A stretch of DNA of 63,456 bases, the filler included, from Squatina squatina (lineage: Eukaryota), in NCBI GenBank assembly GCA_031763465.1. It is 4 parts of 3 records of this genome, joined end to end, with 100 filler letters (N's around TTAATTAATTAA, not from the genome) between each part and the next. Parts side by side here need not be neighbours in the genome. Positions count along the whole stretch, not along the records: positions 1 to 19,539 come from JARFOE010000222.1; 3 more parts are not named here. The stretch is one strand, 5' to 3'. Both the position numbers and the translations under genes were made by a program. Under the pieces are notes generated by a model. The model ran no database searches. It was not told where the DNA came from and was given only the letters and a program-made list of their open reading frames with translations. Below are positions 1-11,600 of the stretch, piece after piece (position 1 is the first letter of the stretch; the number at the start of each line of letters is the position of its first letter).

Positions 1-1693
1 ATGCATTACAGTTAAAGTTGATAACTGTGGTTAGACCTATTCTGGGAGATTTCATGACATAACCTATGATTTCAAGCTGTTCCGCCGCCATTGGGTGATT
101 GGGTAGTTGACGAAAGCAAGATCACTAGCCGATTGGATGAACTTACTGTCAAAAAACGGAGCCACGGCCTGATGTGATAATATCACTGCCAATCAAAATA
201 GGGATGTGAACTGATTGGCTGCTGGACTGGAACCGCTTTGCTAACAATGTTTTCTTGTTCTCAAGGAGGTTTGTTTTGCAATTAAACTTAGAAAGCCAAA
301 AAGATTAAAAAATATGTTTTTGCAGGATTTCAAAAAACAAAATTAAAGAAATTTTAAAAACCTTGAATGTCAGAGATAATCCCACCTTCACAACATTGCA
401 TTGGTCGAGGTTTGTCCCTCTCTGTGCCCACCACTCAGACACAAATCTGCAATCAAATTTGTCATCGAGGAGTGACAGCAGGCAGAGGGGTGGGTTTGGA
501 GAATGCAGCTGTTAATCAGAGAGTGGGGAAGGGGAGGCAGAGTCGATCAACGCTTCCCACGGATTCTTCTCCCAGGTTACTGACAGCCGGTGTCCAAGAG
601 ATTAATCTTTAATTTTGGGGGAAAGGTCCAGCACAATCTGGAAGGGCTACCAACCCAAATTATAGTACTTGGCAAAAGTTCAGAGTAAAGCTTCAACCAC
701 CAAGTTATTTTGATTATGAAGTGAATTCCAAATTCGTTTGGTTTAATAAACTGAATACTAGATCAACAATTTTTTTTTAAAAAAAGGTAAAACATATCAA
801 AAATATTTACATTATCAAGTACCTTTAAAACATAGTTAAACTCTAACCTTTTTCTGTGTACTCTTCCTGGAGTAAATGTTGAACTCAAGACTGGAGTTCC
901 ACCAACGCTCTATCATTAGACCACCAAAACAGATAGGAAAAACAAAAAACTTAGACCTAGAAATAAAAGCCAACAGGATGATTTTATCACAACCATGTAT
1001 GCTTTTACATATTTCAAAAAAACTCACATTTCCAAATAGTTATAAAACACAATTCAATTCACTTTGACAGACTCCAAAACCAATGCAAACCCAAGCAACA
1101 CTAAACCTTCTGTGGAAAGCATCAAACTAAAGTACAGTGGTACAGCCATATTTACTAGCAGTACTTCAATGGTAGCTTCTATAGTCATCCCTAAAACATT
1201 TCAATTTTATAGATAGACACATATTTCAATGCTCTCAACAAGAGCTGTGATCAGATGTACTTCACGTGCTGTGATTAAGTGGCTGCTATCAAATTAAAGA
1301 TTGAGCTTTCATCATTCCAAAATCCAGAATCATCCAAAACAAGCATCTGTTCTATTTGTGCATAAAGCACATTATTGCCTTTTTCTTCTCTTCCTAAAAG
1401 GTCCAGTAAAAGTAGCAATAAATTCAGTGCAAGTCCAGCAGATAGACTTTATTGACTCATGTCATCTCAACAGAATTTATCACTATTTCCACATTCTATG
1501 AAATGTTTATAGTTATTTGCACAAACTCCACGCAGTAATTACTACCTTGTATAGGGTTAACAGTCTCAAGGAAGAGCACATAGGATGCATAGGNNNNNNN
1601 NNNNNNNNNNNNNNNNNNNNNNNNNNNNNNNNNNNNNNNNNNNNNNNNNNNNNNNNNNNNNNNNNNNNNNNNNNNNNNNNNNNNNNNNNNNNN

Positions 1694-1990
1694 CACTTCA
1701 AGAGAAGGCCATTACCTCTGAGTCTACTGACCTGGACAAGATGAAACAGCTTGTCATGGTCTACATTATTGAGTCGCTTTATAATCCTAAAAACAGCAAT
1801 CATATCACATTTTAATCTTCTCTCTTCCAGTGAGAATATGCACAATTTATGTAATCACTCTTCATAATTCAATCCCTCCAGTCACTCAATCATTCTAGTT
1901 GCCCTCTTCTGTATCATTTCACTAGCAACAATATTCTTTCAGAACCATGCTCAGTATTCTCAGTGCAGTTGCACCACTAATTGATAAAGT
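1694..1990 (-). mobile_element. CR1-type LINE ORF2 C-terminal fragment
   Basis: Minus-strand translation 'FSLEERRLKCDMIAVFRIIKRLNNVD..LFHL..SRLRGNGLLL' is typical of the CR1 ORF2 C-terminus; truncated by an N gap. Confidence 0.75.
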
Positions 1991-2622
1991 GGCAAGATTA
2001 CCTCACCAGGCAGGACTGCATTTAAGCTTGGCACCTTTGCTTTGCATGCATATACATTGATCCACTGCACCCAGAATCACCTTCTTGAAAATAACTCCAT
2101 TGTTACTCCACTCCCTGACACAAATTCAAACCTGTCAGGCCCACTTTGACAAGTCATCTCAAGCACATAAAGTTAGTCCTCTTAAAACTTGGCAATTTTG
2201 TTTTGTTTTTTATAAATATAAAAAGAACCTTTTCATTACAATTTTTCCCCCCTCTTACGTGATTCCAAGGTTGGTTATGTATTTTGCTTTCGGCGGCCCC
2301 ATTACCTAATGTTATGTAACAAGATGCTCACAGCTTCACCCACAGGTGCATTACCGTTGAAATGTTGTGAAGCACAGTTTTTAAATATATAATGGATTTG
2401 AAGTCAATCACAATAGAAGGACATATCTCTCACTGTTTCTTCATCTCAAAGTGTAATTATCTTTGTAACTTTATTCTGTTGTACCGCTTTATATTAAGTT
2501 ATGTTATTTTGTTAACTATACACACTTGCATACTCAATAAATAGAAAGCTCAAAGCAAATCCTGTATTAATCGTCACACTATGGATAAAGGAGCAAGGGC
2601 AATTTAAGTTTTATTTTCCCAC

Positions 2623-2694
2623 CTGCTACTTGGACTATTCCATGCCTTGCCACGTCATAAAAAGGGTGATTGAGATCCAGGGGAGCCCCTCCAG
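2623..2694 (-). CDS. ARHGAP8: Rho GTPase-activating protein 8 (BPGAP1), exon at the start of the BCH/CRAL-TRIO domain
   Basis: Encodes GGAPLDLNHPFYDVARHGIVQVAG (human ARHGAP8 HPFYDVARHGILQVAG); acceptor ctgtgcttactccattag and donor GCAG|gtggg; 72 bp, phase 1-1; downstream of PRR5 on the same strand, as in mammals. Confidence 0.85.
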
Positions 2695-5541
2695 CTAATG
2701 GAGTAAGCACAGAAACAGAACTTCCATCACTCAAAATCCTCTGTAGTGTGGTACAACGATGAGGAGAGGGAACTTGGCACACCTTGTGCCACAGTCTGTC
2801 ATGTTGTTAGTCTACTCAGGTGGCAATCCTGTATACTCAAAAATGATGCCCCTTGTTGTTGTAATCTTGATTGTGCTGATCAGTATCAAACCAATATAAG
2901 AGAGATAAACTCTCCAGTACATTTCACAGACCCAAACAGTCTGTTTGCAGCTGGCAGGCTGCTTCTATTTCAGATCAACATGCCAGTATTCATACTGGTT
3001 GATACCTCCGTGTGTCGCAGCCCTCCAGCTTATGTGATCAACTGAGAGATTTTCCCAGCTGTCAACATTAATATTCCATATTGCCAAGCTGTGCTCAAGT
3101 GCATCCTCGTGTCTCCTTCGCTGCCCACCCTGTTTAGGTTTGCCCTATTTCTGCGTGCTACGCAAGATCTTTTTTTTCTCATTCTGGTGTCTTCTGTGCA
3201 GACATCTCCTGACCAGTGTGGCTATGCTTTCACAGGCATGATCTCAAAAGGCTGGTCCCTATGGCTTGTTCAAGAATCACGCAATTGTTCGGCCCCTTNN
3301 NNNNNNNNNNNNNNNNNNNNNNNNNNNNNNNNNNNNNNNNNNNNNNNNNNNNNNNNNNNNNNNNNNNNNNNNNNNNNNNNNNNNNNNNNNNNNNNNNNGG
3401 GGAAGGAACACAGAGGGGGTTTTCTTTCCCACCCCCACTACACCACACTACTATTTCTGAAAGGTTTCCACTACAGCATTTAACAGATTGTCCATGAAGG
3501 AATCCCAGTCCAGCGATCATCAGATTGATATAATTTTCCTTATTTTTAAGAATCATACCAGCACATTATTTCTGTTGCTGCATATTAACAGACATTTGAC
3601 CTGCTGGCCTTTGTTGGAAGTTAGGGCAGGAGTTAACAGGAATTTATTTGTCTGAATTGAAACTAAATTTATAGGATTAGTGAATGTATTACATATTTAC
3701 GTAAACTATACAACAGAACANNNNNNNNNNGAGAAATAGGACAAGTGTATGCAGCTACCATCCCAGTGCACTGAGCTTCTGCTAGGCACTTCTGGGTGAG
3801 GAGGGAGGAACGATAAAGAGAAAGGAAGTTCATCTTCGCCCACTGTCCTGCACCTCTTAGTGACTGCATTGACAGAAGCCGAGGGGCAGATTATCTCTTG
3901 CTGCAGACAATGAACAGTAATCCAACTAAGGAATGGAGAGAAATCAGCACTTCAAAAGAAAAATCCACTTTTTACACTGGCACTGGAGGCTGCCAGTATC
4001 AACAAATCTGACTGGTGAGAGACTGAAGGTTCTTCGAAGCAATCAATGAATCAGGCATNNNNNNNNNNNNNNNNNNNNNNNNNNNNNNNNNNNNNNNNNN
4101 NNNNNNNNNNNNNNNNNNNNNNNNNNNNNNNNNNNNNNNNNNNNNNNNNNNNNNNNNNCTTTGGACAAAATCTGTGTGCAGATTTTTTTTTATCGACTTC
4201 TCTTTCTCCACCCTTATGTTCCATTCAAATTACAAAGTGCTTCCTCACATGGGCATTCCTTGCAGGATCCCTCAGCACAGAAACAGGAAATCTTCCGCAC
4301 TTCAAACTACAGCAGCAGAATGAAATTAGCACATCAAACCATCAGGCAGCATGAATAGGGGAAATCGACTGCACTGATCTCTCCTGTGACGGGAGATATC
4401 TGTGCATGTAACAACATCTTTCAATCACCCTTGTTACTGACTGGCTGGTTAAGTCTGGGAACACTCATTTTGTACAGAATTCCCATTTATGTTACTTCCT
4501 CAGTCGTACCGGTCCCATTCATGAGGTCAGTGTAATGGAAATCATGATGTTGCTCCCAGGCTACCTCGAATCAGCAATTCAAAATTCTGAAACACTAATA
4601 GTTCAGATATCTCCCATTATAACACTGCATTATGGGCAGTTCAGTGGATTTTATCACAGCCTTTTTAATAGTCATGATTCACGCAATAGATTTATATGTG
4701 TAGAAGGCTACAGTTAAATTTATCACATGAATCACGAGCACTAAAAAAAATCCACAAATCTTAGACCTGACGAGTGAGTCATTACAGACTATGTGAAATG
4801 CGTAGTAAATAAGGGCATTTTTTGTAATTTGTAATTGGTAAAGGAAGGTGTCTTGTGAATGTACTTTGGTCAAAAAAAGTCTAAATTGGACAACATCATC
4901 TAACTATTTTTAAATCAACACCATTGGATCTTGGTGCCCACCAATGCTTACACTATTGTAGAGTTGGAAAACAAACTCTTTGAATCCTGTTTTTTAAAGA
5001 TGACTCCATTAAAATATTCACGGCTTTCTGCCACTTAAGATCTACAGAACTGCTTCTCTGTAAATTTGCCATAAACTGGAATTGGAGCAAAACACAAACC
5101 CAGAGAGAGCATTAACTCAGAATAAACTAAGACAACACTATCTGAACTTGTGCACTGCAGAAATACTCCTGCCGTTCTCAGCAGTTAGCCCTGCCCCACT
5201 GCAAACACACAGATTAACGGGAAAGGGGGAGAGGAGAGAAATGAGAAAACTAGGAGTTTGCCTCCCTATGTTGGCTCAGGCTGGAGTTGGCGCTGGCATT
5301 CAATATATACATTACAACAAGAGTGGCTNNNNNNNNNNTACACGTTGCTGGTCTTAACAATGCATTCTAGGAGTCATACTTCAAATTCAGGTTGCATCAG
5401 AAGTGTTCTTCCCCTTCAGTTTGATGAATTTAAAAATGCTTGAGCGTTTAATAACTGGCAGTGCAACAGTGACAGCTTGGCTGTGATTGCGGGTTCTTCT
5501 TTTATTGCATCACTACATTATCCATTTCACTGTTCTTAATG

Positions 5542-6134
5542 TCACACCACACTTTGTCTGCTCATCTCTCTGCTGTACGTAGNNNNNNNNNNNNNNNNNN
5601 NNNNNNNNNNNNNNNNNNNNNNNNNNNNNNNNNNNNNNNNNNNNNNNNNNNNNNNNNNNNNNNNNNNNNNNNNNNNNNNNNNNNNNNNNNNNNNNNNNNN
5701 NNNNNNNNNNNNNNNNNNNNNNNNNNNNNNNNNNNNNNNNNNNNNNNNNNNNNNNNNNNNNNNNNNNNNNNNNNNNNNNNNNNNNNNNNNNNNNNNNNNN
5801 NNNNNNNNNNNNNNNNNNNNNNNNGCTCTTATATTGGCCCGCTCTTTCGCTACTGGCAAGTGGTTCCGTGCTGCTGTGACAGTCATGATAGACATTGGGT
5901 CTATAGTGGGGGTAGTAACACAGGGACTGAGATTTAAATAGCCTTCAGACTCGATACAAGTTGTCATTTCTGATACAGAGTGCCTTCTGATGCTCGTGCC
6001 ATTGACCAGACTTCCTTCGCTTTCATATTCTGCAACAGGGGTCAGCATTGGATTGTTGTAGCTCTTTGAACGCACCACTGGGTTCTTGGTCAGAATTTCA
6101 TTCGATTTGGAACAGCGTGGAAAGAATTGTTTTT
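5542..6134 (-). CDS. PRR5: Proline-rich protein 5 (Protor-1, mTORC2 subunit), last coding exon; contains an N gap
   Basis: KNPVVRSKSYNNPMLTPVAEYE...GTSIRRHSVSEMTTC and terminal RQSVV-stop match PRR5; acceptor tttgtctttgacag, phase 1; frame kept across the 242-N gap. Confidence 0.92.
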
Positions 6135-8364
6135 CTGTCAAAGACAAACATATAATTGGTCCATTTAACAACAAAAGAAAAACCAGTAACGTCAAAACAA
6201 GGCCACTGCCAAGACTGAGATTTAGGAGGGGAAATAAACAGCAAACCTGACCGCAAACCGGCTTAAACATAAACGATTGTGTCCATTGAAATAGATCACT
6301 TCTGACAACCAAAATAAATGAACGCCACTTCAAATGGCTGAGACTTGACAGGCTCAGAAGTAACAGCACACTTCAGGTTTCAGTGAAGAATTTGAATTGA
6401 AATGATGCCTGTGAAGTACTAGTGCTGTGGTGTAGCTTTGTTTATTGGAATAATGGTTTGTTTTTGTGTTGTTTCTACAAAGTTGAGCAACTCCATTTTA
6501 TTACCATAAAATGGCAAGTTTCTTATTATAAGTATTGTCTCNNNNNNNNNNNNNNNNNNNNNNNNNNNNNNNNNNNNNNNNNNNNNNNNNNNNNNNNNNN
6601 NNNNNNNNNNNNNNNNNNNNNNNNNNNNNNNNNNNNNNNNNTCAACAGAGGTACTCATCAAAATCACCTCTTTAGGTGGGCCTCAGAGCCTCTGGAGCCC
6701 ATAGTGCCACCTCATTTACCTTGCATCACTACAACTGAAGTTGGGACTGCAAAGGAAATGGAGCATTAGTTGCATTTGCGTGACCTGATAGGCATAGTCA
6801 AATAACTTGTAAAGTAGCAATGAGAAATGGATGAAACAACAGAATATTGCAGAATTGACAAAATTCTTGGTATAAATAAATGGGCGAAGATTATCATTTC
6901 AAACAGCTTTTTCCAGAGGTAGGAGGCTGGTTTGCTCCTTTCAAAAGCCATCTATTAAATAAACTGAACCTTTCAGCCTTTCAAACATTAAATGCACAGC
7001 ACTACTACACTTTGCGTACAGTTTACATTCACTCAAGTGCTTGGGAATGTGATCAATCAGAATGAATACGCAGGATCTATTTGCACTGCTCTCGAGGTGG
7101 TTACTGAAACTAGAATAGAGTGCGTGGTGTGCTGCAACAGCTTTTAACCTTGTGTGCAGAACAGAAGGGACTGCTGAAAATATTCCACTATGGACAAAAT
7201 ATTTATTGTACCCACATTCAGGGGTATCTACGTGTACTGAATTAAAAAAAAAAAACTTAGCAGGAGATGGATTGGCAACTGGATTNNNNNNNNNNNNNNN
7301 NNNNNNNNNNNNNNNNNNNNNNNNNNNNNNNNNNNNNNNNNNNNNNNNNNNNNNNNNNNNNNNNNNNNNNNNNNNNNNNNNNNNNTCCACCACCCTTTCA
7401 GGCAGTGCATTCCAAATCTTACACACAGCATATTCCTTATGCAAACCTTGCCACAGACACACCAACAAACTGAGGGCAGCTGGTGCAGCATGGGAGACGC
7501 TGAGGATTATGGCTTGCAATCTGAGAGAATGGTTGCAAGCTCCATTCTTGGTCTGTGTTGGGTAAACCCATTCCAGCATGCAATGGGAGCACTACAGTTG
7601 GTGTGAGGAAGAGTCTATCGTTCCTCTCCCGATCACTATCTAGGAATCACTACTGGAAATGCAGCTGTGGACATCAAACAGAGGAGGGACCCAGGCTCAG
7701 CTCTGATGAGCCACAGTCAAATAGCCCACCAGTGCACACTGCCCAAGCTTGAAGATCTTTTTTGAATTGCCATTTAGAGGAGTTACTCACAGCTGCCTTC
7801 AGAGCACACCCAAGACTTGCTGCCTTGAGAATAAGGGGGATAGGGAAGAAAATGGGAGGAGGAAATAAATAAGAATGCCAGATATTAAAAGTTAATGCAC
7901 CAAAATGTCTCAACTTGGGACAATTCACAGCCATGATTCCAGAATAGTAAAGGACAGCGATCAGTGTTGGTCCCTGTGAAGCTTCTTGCTTACTGACAGG
8001 ACTCATTGTTGACACAAGCAAATCAGTTACTAGGCACATGCAGACTTGAAAATATTGGTCACTGTGGAGACGGGGAAAGGAGAATGAAAGCTCAGTTACC
8101 TTATACCAGATAGATTTACTATATTTTCACATGCCCTAGCTGGGAGAGAGTACTTTATTATTAAAAAAGCACCATTTTCCCCTCACCAAAACTTATCTTC
8201 TCCATTAAAAAAAATCCTAATGATCAGCTAATCAGTGGATCAAATTATCCATGGGAATTGCTTGTTTTGAGTCCATAAATCAGGCACGCACAATTAAACA
8301 GTCCACCATTGCAGCAATAAAAAGTTTCACCACATAAATACAGAAATTCTTGCCTCCTGCTCAC

Positions 8365-8445
8365 CTGACTCCCTCGTTGAGATTATAAAGTTCATTATCG
8401 GGTAAACCTTTCCGCTGGAACACAGCGATTACAGCATTCTGTATG
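8365..8445 (-). CDS. PRR5: PRR5 early internal coding exon (HbrB-like region)
   Basis: (S)IQNAVIAVFQRKGLPDNELYNLNEGV(R), cf. human SIHNGVIAVFQRKGLPDQELFSLNEGVR; acceptor ttttgttttccag, donor AG|gtgag; 81 bp; not in the ORF track. Confidence 0.92.
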
Positions 8446-9464
8446 CTGGAAAACAAAAATTCAGTACTTGTCTAAAACTGGATCAATTTAATACAGCCAC
8501 GGGACGTCACACTGGTACTGCCAGTTAGCACATTGCAGGGGTAGTCAGTCAGACGTTTTGTATTTCAAGTTAGAAGAGCACATATTTTTGTATCACATTT
8601 CACCCATCCTCATCTTATAAATTATTTGTCCTTTTTTGACTCCAATTAAACTAATCTAGTGGTGGGGCTGGAAGGTGGCTGCCAGCTGCAGGTTAAATTG
8701 CAGCTCATTTCCTTTATTAATAAAGATCTGGTGGGTTGCACTAATTAGTTTAAAAGGGATGACTAGTATTAATGTAAACAGACCAGGGCTAGTAGATGCA
8801 GGGGGCTTGATTGATTAATAAAGACTGTCCACAGAACAGGCCCTTTTCTTTAGAGGAAGTAAGGCCCTGAATATACTTCTACAAACATCTAGTGGCAGTA
8901 AAAAAAAGGCTTGCAATAACTTCTCTTTTCAAATATGCAATTTCTTAAGCGTCAGCATTGGAACAAACAATTCCACTTATTTCTAAAAAAAACTTTCAGG
9001 CATGAGATGAATAATAAATACTTGCCTTTCATAGGCAGATGTCCAAGTTTAATATAATTCTTTTACAGAGAAACCAATTCCAAGCACCAGTCTGGGGAGA
9101 CCTTTAGCATGTACCTTTCAGTCCCACAAGTTAAAATCTGTATCAGCATCTCTGTCTAGGATACTCTAGCTGCAGGTGATGCCAGAGCTGTATACTGTCT
9201 ACCATCACTGCTGCATTGATTGTTTACACAAATTTAAAAAAATATATCTTCAAATGAGTTACACCATTTTTTGTACTTTAATGCATAGCCTTGGGTTATA
9301 ACTTCAGGTCTTGTATACATATATTCATTGTATAAAATTCAGTAGCTTCTTTGCAGATATCGCCNNNNNNNNNNNNNNNNNNNNNNNNNNNNNNNNNNNN
9401 NNNNNNNNNNNNNNNNNNNNNNNNNNNNNNNNNNNNNNNNNNNNNNNNNNNNNNNNNNNNNNNN

Positions 9465-9723
9465 CTGGCCGCACGCATGATGTCAGAGCGCAGTGATGCT
9501 GAAGCGGCGCACTGATGGCGCTAACGTGGCGCTGACACCACGCCAGCAGCATCCCCAGCTGATCGGCCTAGTTCCGCCCGGGAGTGTGGCCGACATCGCT
9601 GTGCCTCGCTCCCGCCGTGGAATGCTGAATTCTGCAGTGGGTGGAGGGTTCGGGAGCCGGTGCAAAAAATGCCAGCTCCTGCCCTCTGCCGCCCCAGAAG
9701 CGCCCCAGGTAAATTTCGTGCCC
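9465..9723. mobile_element. GC/CpG-rich DNA-transposon end (Harbinger-like)
   Basis: CpG-rich segment ending AAATTTCGTGCCC (reverse complement GGGCACGAAATTT), matching the terminus motif seen repeatedly in this window. Confidence 0.5.
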
Positions 9724-9912
9724 AAATTGTTCTCCTCACGGCTTACTGTCCCACCTAGCTTTGCATCATCAGCAAATTTGGATGCATTACACTCTGTCCC
9801 TTCATCTAGGTCATTTATATAGATTGTAACTAGCTGAGGCCCCAGCACTGATCCTATGGCACCGTATTAGTTACAACCTGCCAAACTGAAAATGACCCAT
9901 TTATTCCTACTC
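9724..9912 (-). mobile_element. CR1 LINE reverse transcriptase fragment
   Basis: LGPQLVTIYINDLDEGTECNASKFADDAKLGGTVS, containing the CR1 RT FADD catalytic motif. Confidence 0.85.
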
Positions 9913-9915
9913 TGA

Positions 9916-10187
9916 GGGGCTCCAATTGGACTGGGCTGAAATGGGCCGCAGCATTCGGGGCCTATAGCCGGTGGTGTGCCGTGCCAGCTGCGACAGTCAG
10001 GTGAGCGGCTTTGGTGACTTTGTCACCACTCCAGGTCAGCGTAACGTGGCAATGCTAAACAAGCGTTGACCCGGCGCTGACCCAGCCGCTGAGTCACGCT
10101 GCCAGCATAACTGCACAAACACAAGATGCCACCCCGCCCCCTGCCTTAAAGGTAAGGACTGCAGGCTTGCAGTTGTTGGACCACCAG
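9916..10187. mobile_element. GC-rich DNA-transposon end (Harbinger-like)
   Basis: Begins GGGGCTCCAATT; CpG-rich; truncated by a gap. Confidence 0.45.
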
Positions 10188-10374
10188 NNNNNNNNNNNNN
10201 NNNNNNNNNNNNNNNNNNNNNNNNNNNNNNNNNNNNNNNNNNNNNNNNNNNNNNNNNNNNNNNNNNNNNNNNNNNNNNNNNNNNNNNGAAGAGTCAGAGA
10301 TGGACCATGTGAAGGTGAGGGAAGAGTGGAAATTGGAGGCAAAGTGAATGAAATTTTCTAATTCTGTAATACAG

Positions 10375-10700
10375 ACCCAGCTGTTCCCAGGTTTGATCCT
10401 CAGCTTGTGTCGAGTATGCTGATCTCAGCTAGGCAGCCTGTAGGGGGAGGTGAGGAGGGAAAAATATCAACAAGGGTTCTCACTCCTGATTGTTATCCAG
10501 TGAATCCTGCTGGAAAAAGTATGTGCGAAGATATCCAAAGAAGACAGGATCAGCTCAACTGTGAAGTCCCCTACAGCTGAATAGCCTGCCAGTACTCACT
10601 GTCGAGATTCACAGATGAAAAATAACATTAAGGGTACAGCATACCATCCATGAAAGTTATTCCAACAAGAGTCAGCGCCTTCAGAGATGGAGAAAATTTG
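10375..10700 (+). repeat. Old interspersed SINE-like repeat
   Basis: Shares motifs (tgatctcagc, ttatccagtga..cctgctgga, ctcagctgtga, gaatagcctgcca) with 11361-11600 (+) and 24442-24730 (-). Confidence 0.5.
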
Positions 10701-11360
10701 AGAGGAAACAAAACAGAATAAAGGGCTTTAATGTAATGAAACTGACGTGAATATGAACAGTGCACTCGATTCTTGGTAAAGAATCACAGCTGAACTGTCT
10801 CCCGTGCAATTTCGCCTCCTTCTGCAACATCTATGATAATGGAGCACAATCCTAATGTATCTGAATGTAGCTCACTCTTCTGTGTCACAAAGGTGTAATA
10901 AAAATTCAACATTTAAAATATGTATCAAGGGCCACATATTCTGATTGTCTCATCTGTCAATCTCTTCCCCCCACAGAACAAGATTACTGCTCCACAGTCC
11001 ATTGGCATTTTGTAATTTTTTATTGGCGATGTATCTAATTTCCAAAGTGAGTAAAGCAATCACCACACGGAATTCTGCAGCTGTCAATCTCAATAGGAAG
11101 TTTGATGGGCAGGTGGCAGATTATCACATGGTCTAAAGCACACCATTCCTGTCCCTGGATAAGCTATAGCGTAACCACACTGCTCTGTTATACATCTCGC
11201 TTCATATTCATTTTCATAAACAGCAAAACATGCAGACATTCAAGCTTTTCTTGCCTGTCTCTACAAGGTTGCAACAAAACTGCCTGTTCCCAGGGAAAAT
11301 GTGAGAGGCAGCAGAACAGGATAAAGGTATTTAATGTAATTTTTAAAAAAAAGTCTGTAC

Positions 11361-11600
11361 TGATTAGGCTCAGCGCCTGTTGCCTAGGCAGGGCAACAAA
11401 AAAAAACAAGGAAACAGTTCCGGGTTGCTATCCAGTGACTCCTCCTGGATAGTGCTTGTATGTGGATATAAGGTGAGAATATAATTGGGCTCAGCTGTGA
11501 TGCTCTCCATGATCGAATAGCCTGCCAACGCATACTGCCAGTTTCACATATAAAATATGCCACTTGGGCGAGGTTCCAGAAGCCTTTCGGCAACCACAAA
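11361..11600 (+). repeat. Second diverged copy of the same SINE-like repeat
   Basis: gctatccagtgactcctcctgga...ggctcagctgtgatgc...gaatagcctgccaa resembles 10490-10600. Confidence 0.45.

Noticed and set aside
2205-2240. Plus-strand peptide YKYKKNL resembling the BCH-domain KYKKNL motif of ARHGAP8
   Set aside because: Wrong strand, no splice sites, and similarity does not extend; AT-rich coincidence
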